32,000 nucleotides of DNA from Halomicrobium mukohataei DSM 12286 (GCF_000023965.1 NC_013202.1:2940001-2972000), one strand, 5' to 3'; positions 1 to 8,440 are shown, counted from the stretch's first letter. The notes: generated by a model not told the origin, from the sequence alone. Program-made: numbers and translations.

Positions 1-856
1 CGCGCGAGTCGGTCCCTGTGGCGACGGTGAGATCCCGTGCCGCCGTCCGTGCCGCCGCGACCGCGAGCGTGCGACGGCCCCGTGGATCGGCGTGGCCGAT
101 CGTCTCGCGCTGGAGGTCCAGCAGTGCCTCGTTGGTGACGACGCCCACGTGCTGGTTCGAGACGACGTTGCTGATCGGCACCTCGCCGTACTGGAGGTAG
201 CCTCGCGACCACGCCAGCGCGTACAGCTGAGTCGTCAGTCGCTGGCTCAATCCTCGCTCCGTCACGCCGGCGTCGAGTCGCCGCTGGTAGGTGCTGACTC
301 GATCGTGGGCCGCGAGCACCGGCGTCACGACGGTGACAGTCGGAGAGATCGTCGTCCGGGAGCGCACCTGCCCGCCACGGTGGGTACGGACCGTCACGTT
401 CTCGACGGTCACCCGGATCGCGGTGCCGTCGTCGTCTGCCCGCTGGATTGTCACGCGGTCGATGGCGGCGCGGCGCTTGGCCCGCGTCTCCGTCGAGGGC
501 AGCGAGACCGAGCCGGTGACCTCGCCACGACGGACCGCGACCCGAGAGAGGCGGTCGCGGGCCCGCAGGTAGATCCGGAGCCGGAGCGCGTCGCGAAACG
601 CCGTCTCTTCGTCGAGAAGGCGACCGGCGGCGGTGTCTGCCGGATCGACGACGGGGTCCGCTGCGGCCGCCCGGCTGGCGGTCGTCACGGCCTCGCGCAG
701 TTCCGTCTGTGCGGTCGCAGTCGTCCGTTCAGTGACCACCTCGGTCTCGCTGTCGGACGGAAGCGATCCCGGATCGATCGTCGTCGCCAGCGTCGCGCTG
801 CTGACGAGCAGGAGGACGCCGATCAGTGCGAACGGCACGCGGCCGCGATCGTCCAT
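1..856 (-). CDS. N-terminally membrane-anchored accessory/pilin-like protein of the pilus-like operon (5' end complete, 3' end runs off the left window edge)
   Basis: Absent from the ORF track because no stop lies in the window. I read the minus frame codon by codon from the ATG (cat 854-856) down to position 2 and found no stop. G/C dominates third positions. N-terminus is MDDRGRVPFALIGVLLLVSSATLATTIDPGS (charged head plus hydrophobic helix). The start shares base 856 with the upstream TGA (TGATG). Confidence 0.6.
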   Translation of the reverse strand, partial: MDDRGRVPFALIGVLLLVSSATLATTIDPGSLPSDSETEVVTERTTATAQTELREAVTTASRAAAADPVVDPADTAAGRLLDEETAFRDALRLRIYLRARDRLSRVAVRRGEVTGSVSLPSTETRAKRRAAIDRVTIQRADDDGTAIRVTVENVTVRTHRGGQVRSRTTISPTVTVVTPVLAAHDRVSTYQRRLDAGVTERGLSQRLTTQLYALAWSRGYLQYGEVPISNVVSNQHVGVVTNEALLDLQRETIGHADPRGRRTLAVAAARTAARDLTVATGTDSR

Positions 857-1734
857 CACGGCGACCACGTCCTGACGACGATTCGTACCTCGCCCGTCGA
901 GACGGCGCGGGCCGTGGCCGCCGGTGTCTCGAACCGGTCGCGCATGTCGGCGGCGAACCGGTCGGCCAGCGCAGCCGTGAGCCGGGCGTTCGTCGCTTCA
1001 ACGGAGCCGTTCTCCAGGTCCAGAGCCGGTGCGTCGGTGAGCCTGGCGACGCGGCGGTAGCGGTGGGCCGCCAGCGTGTCGGCCGGCGCGTCCCCACGGA
1101 GCGCGACGCGGCTCTCGGCGGGCGAGAAGAACCCCTCGACGACCGCCGCCGCGACCACGCGCGCAACGCCGTCCGTGCCGTCGGTCCGGGCAGCCTCGCG
1201 TGCGCGTTCGTTCGCTGGCTCGATGCCGCTGTCGACGGTGAGTCGAGCCGCACGCACGTCGGCCCTCGCGGGCGGCGTCGGTCCGGCGTGGATGCGACCG
1301 CCCAGGGGCGCACCGTCGTAGGGTTCCCAGACGGCCGTGACGCCGACGGCGGTCGCGCGACGGTGGACGGCAGCGCGGGTCTCGTTGCGAACCGCTCGCT
1401 CGAATCCGCCGCCGGCAGGGGCGATTCGCTCGCCGTCGAGCGTCGCGGCGGTCCGCGTGGCTGCCGCGAGGAGCCCGGCGACCGTCCCGTGTGCCGTCCG
1501 GTCGAAGTCGGCGCTGTGGCCGTAGCTGACTCCGTCGCTGTGGTTGTTTCGCGGCGTCAGTGCGTAGTCGACGCCGACGGTGGTGGTCGCCAGCGAGGTC
1601 GCCGTCTCGTCGGCGTGGTCGTCCCCCGAGGGCGGCGCGTCGAGACCACCTGTCCCGGCGACGAGCGTCCCGACGGCACCCCCGAGCAGGAGGAGGAACA
1701 GCGTCGTATCGACGACGGTACTGATCGCTCTCAT
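856..1734 (-). CDS. Membrane-anchored protein of unknown function in the pilus-like operon
   Basis: Track ORF 856..1848 trimmed to the ATG at 1734 (cat 1732-1734 verified). N-terminus MRAISTVVDTTLFLLLLGGAVGTLVAG is a hydrophobic anchor. ATGA start/stop overlap with the upstream gene at 1731-1734. I recognise no catalytic motif. Confidence 0.7.
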   Translation of the reverse strand: MRAISTVVDTTLFLLLLGGAVGTLVAGTGGLDAPPSGDDHADETATSLATTTVGVDYALTPRNNHSDGVSYGHSADFDRTAHGTVAGLLAAATRTAATLDGERIAPAGGGFERAVRNETRAAVHRRATAVGVTAVWEPYDGAPLGGRIHAGPTPPARADVRAARLTVDSGIEPANERAREAARTDGTDGVARVVAAAVVEGFFSPAESRVALRGDAPADTLAAHRYRRVARLTDAPALDLENGSVEATNARLTAALADRFAADMRDRFETPAATARAVSTGEVRIVVRTWSP

Positions 1735-2129
1735 CGCCACACCGCCACCCGGAGACGGGCCGCGTCGACGTGGGCCGGCCTCGTCCGGACGCTCACCCGC
1801 TCGCTCGCGGTCCCAGCGTCGTCTGGGGCGACCGGTCCCGCCTGCCACTGCCGGCCGTCGGCGGTCACGCTCACGTTCGTGTGATAGCCCGACGGACCCG
1901 CGTCGACGGCGTCGGAGACTCGTCGGGGCTCGACGACGCCAGCGGGCGCGAGGTGATCGTCGACCGCGGCAAGTGTCGTCTCGGGCAGTTCTCGCTCGCG
2001 TTCGCTCGGCAGTGCGTCGTCGAGGACGCCAGCGTAGAGCGACAGGGCGAGCGAGACCGCGGCGACCGCGACGAGGGCCACGAGGGGCTCGACCTGTCCC
2101 CTATCCGACGAGCGTGACACTGGTCTCAC
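1731..2129 (-). CDS. Putative type IV pilin-like protein with class III signal peptide
   Basis: N-terminus (V/M)RPVSRSSDRGQ|VEPLVALVAVAAVSLALSLYAG has a charged head, an RGQ prepilin-peptidase-type site and a hydrophobic helix. The start is GTG at 2129 (or GTG at 2120) and overlaps the upstream gene by 29 (or 20) nt. Confidence 0.7.
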   Translation of the reverse strand: MRPVSRSSDRGQVEPLVALVAVAAVSLALSLYAGVLDDALPSERERELPETTLAAVDDHLAPAGVVEPRRVSDAVDAGPSGYHTNVSVTADGRQWQAGPVAPDDAGTASERVSVRTRPAHVDAARLRVAVWR

Positions 2130-2565
2130 CCCACTGGACGCGTCGCACGTCGATCTCCGCCGGTGCCTGTCGCCACTCTCCTCGGACCTGGGCGTCCGCG
2201 ACCGCCTGCTCGAAGGCCGCGCTCGTCTCGAAGACGCTCGCTGGCGGCTGCCCGTAGAGGACGAGCGCGAGTTGATCGTCCGCCAGTGTGGGCGTCACGG
2301 GGCCGTACGCGAACGTCGCGCTCGCGGTCCCGCCGTCGTTGCGCAGCGAGAGCTGGCTGGGACCGAGCCGGATCGCCGCCGCGTCGATCTGGACCGTCGC
2401 TCTGGCGTCTGGCGGTCCGACGGCGACGCGATCGACGGCGTCGGCTGCTGTGGTCGCGTCGGGCGGTGCGGTCGTGGGGAGCGCGACGACGACGCCGAGC
2501 ACCGCGACGCTGACGGCCGCGACGCCGAGCCACGCGTACAGTGCGTCGACCGGGACCTCGAACAT
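2101..2565 (-). CDS. Membrane-anchored protein of unknown function in the pilus-like operon
   Basis: ATG at 2565 verified (cat 2563-2565). N-terminus is MFEVPVDALYAWLGVAAVSVAVLGVVVALPTT. It lies 34 nt downstream of the platform-protein stop. Confidence 0.7.
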   Translation of the reverse strand: MFEVPVDALYAWLGVAAVSVAVLGVVVALPTTAPPDATTAADAVDRVAVGPPDARATVQIDAAAIRLGPSQLSLRNDGGTASATFAYGPVTPTLADDQLALVLYGQPPASVFETSAAFEQAVADAQVRGEWRQAPAEIDVRRVQWGETSVTLVG

Positions 2566-2599
2566 GGCACGCCCTGGCCCCGCCTTCGGACTTAAACCC

Positions 2600-4294
2600 T
2601 CACACGAGCGAGGTCGCGCCGACGAACGCGGTGAGGTACGTCGCCGTCGCGGCCAGCAGCGCCAGGCCGACGCGATAGCCGACGAGCGACCGGTCGAGCC
2701 CGTCGGTCAGTCCGGTCGCCAGCGTCGTCAGGACGATCGCGAGCACGAGGACGTACCACCCGACTGCGAGGCCGAGATCGGCGGTCGCGACGCTCCCGCC
2801 GAGGGGACCGGCCGATCCCATCGCGGCCGACAGCGCGACCGTCGCACCGCCGACCAGTGGCGCGAACACGGCCGCCGTGTTCGAGAGCGTGTTCGTCACC
2901 TGTGCGACCGCACGGCGGTTCGCCTGCTCGGCCTCGTCGATCGTCTGGAGGTGATCGGCCATCGCCAGCAGGGCGTCCCCGGCGGGTCGCCCCTCCCGAG
3001 CCGAGAGGGCCAGTAGCGAGGCCGCGCTCTCGGCCCGTTCGCTCGGCACCGTCGCCAGCGCGCCGCGTTCACCGACGAACGCCGTCCGGAGGTCGACCCC
3101 GAGGCGACGCTGACGACCGGCCACCTCGGCCAGCACCGTCCCGGTCGCTCCCGGAACCGCCGTAGCGACGTCTTCGACGGCGCGCTCGGTCGCAGTCCCC
3201 CGTGTGACGCGCCGGCCGATCAGCGAGAGCGCGTCGGGGAGACCCGCTTCGACCGCCTCGACGGTCGACCGGACCGACTGCATCGGCTGGAAGGCGACCA
3301 CCAGCGCAGTCCCCAGCCCGGCCCCGGCCGCGGCGACGAATCCCATCCAGTCAGAGAGGACGAGACGGACCGACCAGCCGGCGAGGAGAGCGGCCGCGAT
3401 GCCGGCCACGGCGGCGTGAGTGGGACGAGACCACACGTCCGGATGGGATCGGCGTACCGGCGTCGGGCGGAACGCGACCGGCCGCTTCGTCAGCAGCCAG
3501 GCGCTGGCGAGGGTGACTGCGAGGGGCAAGAGCACGTCGTAGACGACCACGAGCAACGACAGCGGTGCCGGCACGCCGGCCGCGTCCAGGGCGGGCAAGA
3601 GCGCCACGAGTGCGAGGGGCAACAGGACGCCGAAGGCGTACAGCGCGGTCGCCGGCCCGCTGATCGAGGCCGCGAACGCGGCCGTCCGGTCGTGGATGCC
3701 GTCGAGGACCGTCGTCCGAGCGCGTTCGAGCGTCGCCCCGCGCTGCTGGGCCGGTTCCCGCCCGGCGCTCTCGACGAGCGAACACGCGCGTTCCAGTTCG
3801 GGCAACCACGGTCGCCACTCTCGCCCGAACGACTGGAGACCGGTGTTCGGCCCGTTCGCCGTCCGGCGGACGTGACTCGCCAGACTGTCGGCTAACGCTC
3901 CCGGAACGGACCGGGCACCGAACGCCGCGGCGGCCCCCGGTGCCGGCGTCAGGGACAGCCGCATGGTGAGCCGAGTCACGAGCGCCGGTGCGTCACCCAG
4001 CGCCTCCGCTCGCCGGACGCTGGCGAACGCGACGACGAGCTTCGACGTGGCGAGCACGATCGCGGCACAGACGAGACAGCACCCGGCGACGGCCAGCCCG
4101 ACACTGCCGCTCAGGACGGCCTGAACGAAGACGCCAGCCGTAGCCAGCGCGACGGTCGCCGCGTAGCTCGCCCCCACGACCATCTCGGCGTCGACGCCCC
4201 AGCCGAGGAAGGCGACCGCACGACGGAGGTCGGGGTCGGGTGACACGGAGAGAGGCCAGCACCGCGCGACGCCCCGGAGCAGCGCCCGCTTCAT
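2600..4294 (-). CDS. Polytopic platform protein, FlaJ/TadC/PilC-like (type II secretion system F family)
   Basis: The 564-aa product has two repeats of a soluble helical domain followed by hydrophobic segments (e.g. ALYAFGVLLPLALVALLPAL, AVGWYVLVLAIVLTTLATGL). Its ATG at 4294 overlaps the ATPase stop (ATGA, 4291-4294). Confidence 0.8.
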   Translation of the reverse strand: MKRALLRGVARCWPLSVSPDPDLRRAVAFLGWGVDAEMVVGASYAATVALATAGVFVQAVLSGSVGLAVAGCCLVCAAIVLATSKLVVAFASVRRAEALGDAPALVTRLTMRLSLTPAPGAAAAFGARSVPGALADSLASHVRRTANGPNTGLQSFGREWRPWLPELERACSLVESAGREPAQQRGATLERARTTVLDGIHDRTAAFAASISGPATALYAFGVLLPLALVALLPALDAAGVPAPLSLLVVVYDVLLPLAVTLASAWLLTKRPVAFRPTPVRRSHPDVWSRPTHAAVAGIAAALLAGWSVRLVLSDWMGFVAAAGAGLGTALVVAFQPMQSVRSTVEAVEAGLPDALSLIGRRVTRGTATERAVEDVATAVPGATGTVLAEVAGRQRRLGVDLRTAFVGERGALATVPSERAESAASLLALSAREGRPAGDALLAMADHLQTIDEAEQANRRAVAQVTNTLSNTAAVFAPLVGGATVALSAAMGSAGPLGGSVATADLGLAVGWYVLVLAIVLTTLATGLTDGLDRSLVGYRVGLALLAATATYLTAFVGATSLV

Positions 4295-6165
4295 GCCTCG
4301 ACCGTCCGGCCAGTTCTTCGTTCCCGGCGTCTGATCTCGTCCGTGCGCTCGGTCAGTCCCGCACGCACGTCGGCGTAGGATTCGTCGCTGTCGGCCAGCG
4401 CAGCGAGGAGTTCGCTGTTGCCCCGTTCCAGCCGATCGGTCGACTGCAAGCGTCCCTCCCGGAGCCGATACAGCGGCTCGAAGTCCACCGCGTCCCCAGC
4501 GGAGACGACCTCCTCGATCGCCGCGACGCGACGCGCCGGCCCGTCCTCGGTCTCGAAGCGCCCCATGGTGACGACGAGATCAGTCGTCGCGAACGACGAG
4601 GCGGGCACGTCGAGGTCGGCGACGACGCGTTCGCGCACGTCCTCGCCCCCGTCGCCGTGGATCGTCCCCAGAACGGCACTACCGCCGGCACCGACACGCA
4701 TCGCCTCGTAGAGGACCTGGGCCTCCTCGCCGCGGACTTCGCCGACCGCGAGCGCCCCCTCGCCGAGTCTGAGCGCCGTCCGCAGCGTCTCGTCGGCCGG
4801 CAGTCCGGGACCGTCGCCCCGCGCCGTCACCAGTGACTGGACCTCCCGTCCGTCGGCCTGGAGCTGTGCGACCGGCAGCTCCGGGGTGTCCTCGATGACC
4901 AGCGTTCGTACGCCGGGGTCGAGCTCCCACAGCAACGCGCCCAGCAGCGTCGTCTTGCCCGCTCCGCGGGGGCCGGCGACCAGCGTGGCAGCCGCACGGT
5001 CGACCGCCAGCGAGAGCAGTGCGGCGGCTGCCGGCGGGACGGTGTCGTTGTCGACGAGCTGTGGGAGCGTCCACACCGTCCGGTCGTGGGCTCGCAGCGC
5101 GAAGGCCGGGCCGTCACTGACCGGCGCTGTCGTCCCGGCGATCCTGACCCGCCGGTCGCCGACCGTCGTGGTGGCGTCAAGCGTCGGGCTGGCTCGCGAG
5201 AACGCCCGTCCGCTCTCGCGGCGGAACTGCGAGGCGAGTGCTTCGACGCCGCGCCGGCTCACCCGAACGTTCGTCGTCGCCAGTTCCCCGTCGACGCGTA
5301 CCCGAAGCGGGTTCGACGCGACCGGCGCGGTCGCGAACACGTCCGTCACGCGCGGGTCGTCGAAGCACTCGGCGAGGACGCCGTACCCGGCGGTGTGTCG
5401 GTCGAGCACGCGTCCGAGCCGTTCGACCGGATCGTCCTCGCAAGCGACGGTCCGGATCGCACGCCAGGCGGCACGCTCGCCGGTCACCGTCCCGTCGGCG
5501 ACGAGCTCCCGACCGCGTTCGAGCGTCGCCATCGCAGCGTCGTCCAGCGTAGCCCCGAGCGGTTCGAGGTGATACACCGGGAGGTCGTCGTCGCGTTCGT
5601 AGAGTCGCACGCGTCCGCCAGTCGAGAGCCGCCGGCTGTCGCGGAGCCGACCGTCGGCCGGCGGGTCGGCCCCGAGACGGGTGTGTCCGATGGTCGGGCC
5701 GACGTGCGGGGAGAGCGACGCGATCTCGCCGACTCGACGAGCACACAGCCCCAGGCCGGTCTCCGCTGCGATCGACGCGACTGGACCCGCGCGACCCACG
5801 GCCTCCCGGGCGGCGTCGATCGGATCGGTCACGGCCCGTTCGGCGAGGGCCTCGTCGTGGAACCGCGTCCGTTCGACGAACCGGCCGGCCGCACAGAGCA
5901 GGGCCGCGTGATCGTCGAGATAGGCCCGTTCGCGACCGTTCGACCGCGTCACCACGCGCTCGGCGTCGCGTTCGGCGAGCGCCTCGACGACCGTCCGGCG
6001 ACAGGCTGGCGACTCGGCCAGTCGACCGCCGTCTGGACAGTCCGTGGCGTCGACCAGCAGCGTCTCGCCGGTGTCGTTGCGTCCTCGTCGTACTGTACAT
6101 CCGCAGTCGGGGGCCGGCGTCGAACGGCTGAACCACCCTCGCATGGGCGGCGGTGGCCCCCTCAT
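4291..6165 (-). CDS. Type II/IV secretion-system ATPase (GspE/VirB11/FlaI/TadA superfamily)
   Basis: Walker A GPRGAGKTTLLGALL, Walker B-like RTLVIEDTPEL, and His-box-like LGTIHG. ATG at 6165 verified; an in-frame ATG at 6144 is an alternative start. The N-terminal ~230 aa extension carries four Cys. Confidence 0.9.
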   Translation of the reverse strand: MRGPPPPMRGWFSRSTPAPDCGCTVRRGRNDTGETLLVDATDCPDGGRLAESPACRRTVVEALAERDAERVVTRSNGRERAYLDDHAALLCAAGRFVERTRFHDEALAERAVTDPIDAAREAVGRAGPVASIAAETGLGLCARRVGEIASLSPHVGPTIGHTRLGADPPADGRLRDSRRLSTGGRVRLYERDDDLPVYHLEPLGATLDDAAMATLERGRELVADGTVTGERAAWRAIRTVACEDDPVERLGRVLDRHTAGYGVLAECFDDPRVTDVFATAPVASNPLRVRVDGELATTNVRVSRRGVEALASQFRRESGRAFSRASPTLDATTTVGDRRVRIAGTTAPVSDGPAFALRAHDRTVWTLPQLVDNDTVPPAAAALLSLAVDRAAATLVAGPRGAGKTTLLGALLWELDPGVRTLVIEDTPELPVAQLQADGREVQSLVTARGDGPGLPADETLRTALRLGEGALAVGEVRGEEAQVLYEAMRVGAGGSAVLGTIHGDGGEDVRERVVADLDVPASSFATTDLVVTMGRFETEDGPARRVAAIEEVVSAGDAVDFEPLYRLREGRLQSTDRLERGNSELLAALADSDESYADVRAGLTERTDEIRRRERRTGRTVEA

Positions 6166-6166
6166 C

Positions 6167-6622
6167 TCACTTCAACCGTCGGACGGTGAGCACCGGCGCA
6201 CCCGGCCGCCCGTCGAGCGAGAGGACGAGCCGGTGGCGACCGCCGCGTCGGAGCACGACGGGACCACCGTCGGGCGTTCTCAGCGGGACACCTGGGAGCT
6301 GTCGCGTTCGGGGCTGTCCGTCCGTGAGGAGCCAGGAGAGCCGTGCCGGGGCCTGGTCTGTCGGAGGGCGCAGAGAGACGCGCTCGACGCCGCCGCTGGT
6401 CCACGTCCGGGTCGGAACGCGGAGCGTCACGACGCGACGCGCACCCGGCCCGTCGAGCGGATCGTCCGTTTCGAGGAGCGTGTCGGCGACGCGTTCGATC
6501 TCGCTCGCCTGATCCGAGACCATCGCCGAGGTGCGCTGTCGACGCGCGTCGTCGATCGGGCCGAGCGTCGCGGCGACGAGCGCGGTCGCGAGCACGACTG
6601 CCAGCACGACGCGATAGATCAC
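6167..6622 (-). CDS. Small membrane-anchored protein of unknown function in the pilus-like operon
   Basis: GTG start at 6622 overlaps the upstream stop (GTGA, 6619-6622). N-terminus is (M/V)IYRVVLAVVLATALVAATLG. Its stop lies 1 nt before the ATPase ATG. Confidence 0.65.
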   Translation of the reverse strand: MIYRVVLAVVLATALVAATLGPIDDARRQRTSAMVSDQASEIERVADTLLETDDPLDGPGARRVVTLRVPTRTWTSGGVERVSLRPPTDQAPARLSWLLTDGQPRTRQLPGVPLRTPDGGPVVLRRGGRHRLVLSLDGRPGAPVLTVRRLK

Positions 6623-7224
6623 AGCCGCGACCGGAGTCGGGCGAGGACACCGCTCTCGTCTGCGCTGTCGCCGCCATCGACGCTGTCAGTGCCGTCGGGC
6701 CCAGCGGCCCCGTCGATCGGGCCGGCACCACGGTGGCCGTCGCCCGTCGCTCCGGAGACGGGCCGGTCGCTCCGGTCACGCCTCGGCGAGTGGGCCGATC
6801 GCTGTGTCCCGCTCGCTGTCCCCGTCGACACCGGTTCTCGGCGGTGGCCGTCCGGAGCGGCGTCGGTGGGATCGGTCGGCCGCGACGCGCTGTCTGATCG
6901 GCGATCGGCCGCGCCGTCGGCGAGTCGCTCTTCGAGTCGATCCACCGCGGCCACCGCGGCGTCGGCCCGTTGCTCGACGTCCTCGTTGACCGACCGGACG
7001 TTGCCCACGTAGCCACGGAGCGCCTGCGTCGCGGCTTCGAGCTCGTCGATCCGTCGCTGGGCACTGTCGAGTTGTTCCTCCAGTTCCTCGACCCGGCGGG
7101 CGAGATCGCCTCGTTGCTGGAGGGCGTCGAGATCGTGATCGTCGCCCGTCAGCGTCCGTTCGACCGCCCGCAGTCGCCGGTCCAGGCGTTCTCGGTCTGG
7201 CATGGCCGTCGGTGGTCCTGTCAT
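6619..7224 (-). CDS. Coiled-coil plus low-complexity protein, first gene of the pilus-like operon
   Basis: Heptad-like segment LDALQQRGDLARRVEELEEQLDSAQRRIDELEAATQALRGYV followed by a Pro/Asp/Gly/Ser/Arg-rich tail. The start is uncertain: ATG at 7224 (used here), ATG at 7203, or the track's TTG at 7251. Confidence 0.65.
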   Translation of the reverse strand: MTGPPTAMPDRERLDRRLRAVERTLTGDDHDLDALQQRGDLARRVEELEEQLDSAQRRIDELEAATQALRGYVGNVRSVNEDVEQRADAAVAAVDRLEERLADGAADRRSDSASRPTDPTDAAPDGHRREPVSTGTASGTQRSAHSPRRDRSDRPVSGATGDGHRGAGPIDGAAGPDGTDSVDGGDSADESGVLARLRSRL

Positions 7225-7283
7225 CGCATTTGAACCCTCGGAACGGGGCAACGTTGATTAGTCGCCCTGTTCAGTCCTACAGT

Positions 7284-8360
7284 ATGAAAGTCGTCCTGAT
7301 TGGTGTCGGTCAAGCCGGGGGGAAGATCACGCAGGCACTCGCAGAGTTCGACTACGACATGGGCTTCGACGCCGTCAAGGGGGCACTGGCGGTCAACACG
7401 GCCCGTCCGGATCTGAGCGAACTCGACATCGACACGCAGCTGATCGGCCAGGACAGGGTCAAGGGCCACGGCGTCGGCGGCGACAACGAACTCGGCGCGG
7501 AGATCATGCAAGAGAGCGCCACCGAGGTGATGGACAACCTCGACGGCCGACTCACCACCGAAGCCGAGGCGATCGTCGTGGTCGCCGGCCTCGGCGGCGG
7601 GACGGGATCTGGCGGCGCACCGATGCTCACGCGTGAACTCCAGCGCATCTACAACATCCCCGTCTACGTCCTCGGCGTCCTCCCCGGCAGAGACGAAGGC
7701 GGACTGTACCAGGCAAACGCCGGCCGCTCGGTCAAGACCTGCGCCCGTGAGGCCGACTCGCTCGTCCTCATCGACAACGACGGCTGGAAGGCTTCCGGAG
7801 ACAGCCTCGAAGCCGGCTTCGAACGCATCAACGACGCCATCGCCCAGCGGATCGGCCTCCTCTTTGCCTCCGGCGAGGCCGTCGAAGGCGTCGGCGAGAG
7901 CGTCGTCGACTCCTCGGAGATCATCAACACGCTCAAGGGTGGCGGCATCGCCTCCGTGGGCTACGCCGCCGCCGAATCGAGCGAAGACCCCGGCGAGAAC
8001 GTCAACACGATCACCAGTGTCACCCGCAACGCGCTCCTGACGAGCATGAGCCTCCCGGACGCGATCGACGCGGAGCGTGGCCTCCTCGTGATCGCCGGCC
8101 ATCCCGAGCGGATCTCGCGAAAGGGCGTCGAACGCGCCCGCAAGTGGATGGAAGAGGAGACCGGCAGCCTCGAAGTTCGTGGCGGCGACTTCCCCATCGA
8201 CAGCGGGAAGCTCGCCTCGCTGGTCGTCCTCGGCGGCGTCGAACGCTCCGAGCGCGTCCAGGAGTTCATGGATCGCGCACGCGAGGCCGAGCAAGAGAAG
8301 AACAAGGAGATCGATCCGATGGAGGGCCTCGAAAACGACGGGCTCGACGATCTGATGTAA
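7284..8360 (+). CDS. cetZ: CetZ-type tubulin/FtsZ-superfamily protein
   Basis: MKVVLIGVGQAGGKI N-terminus, tubulin signature GLGGGTGSGGAP, and an acidic C-terminal tail. ATG at 7284 verified; the track start at 7212 is upstream and non-homologous. Confidence 0.9.
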   Translation: MKVVLIGVGQAGGKITQALAEFDYDMGFDAVKGALAVNTARPDLSELDIDTQLIGQDRVKGHGVGGDNELGAEIMQESATEVMDNLDGRLTTEAEAIVVVAGLGGGTGSGGAPMLTRELQRIYNIPVYVLGVLPGRDEGGLYQANAGRSVKTCAREADSLVLIDNDGWKASGDSLEAGFERINDAIAQRIGLLFASGEAVEGVGESVVDSSEIINTLKGGGIASVGYAAAESSEDPGENVNTITSVTRNALLTSMSLPDAIDAERGLLVIAGHPERISRKGVERARKWMEEETGSLEVRGGDFPIDSGKLASLVVLGGVERSERVQEFMDRAREAEQEKNKEIDPMEGLENDGLDDLM

Positions 8361-8362
8361 GA

Positions 8363-8440
8363 CCATCTTTTTCCCGCTCGGGTTCGAGTCGCGCCTCCGG
8401 CGCGCTCGAACCACTCACGGCAAAAACATGGGTGAAAAAG
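8363..8440. repeat. Palindromic T-run-flanked intergenic element, copy 1
   Basis: Sequence ccatctttttcccgctcgggttcgagtcgcgcctccggcgcgctcgaaccactcacggcaaaaacatgggtgaaaaag. The central hairpin at 8381-8412 has 8+6 bp. It starts 2 nt after the cetZ stop. It aligns by hand with 30016-30081 and 30908-30975. Confidence 0.8.

Noticed and set aside
92-1884. Long plus-strand ORFs (92..1060, 826..1884) overlapping the pilus-like operon. The same applies to 5086..6189 +, 8792..10174 +, 13015..14460 -, 13377..14420 +, 20388..21488 -, 22347..23429 -, 22577..23830 +, 27835..29037 -, 21479..22186 - and many shorter ones.
   Set aside because: Their translations are dominated by Arg/Pro/Gly/Ala/Ser runs with no recognisable motifs. 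Each lies antisense or out of frame to an ORF with clear family signatures and G/C-rich third positions. This is the typical stop-codon-poor artefact of high-GC DNA.
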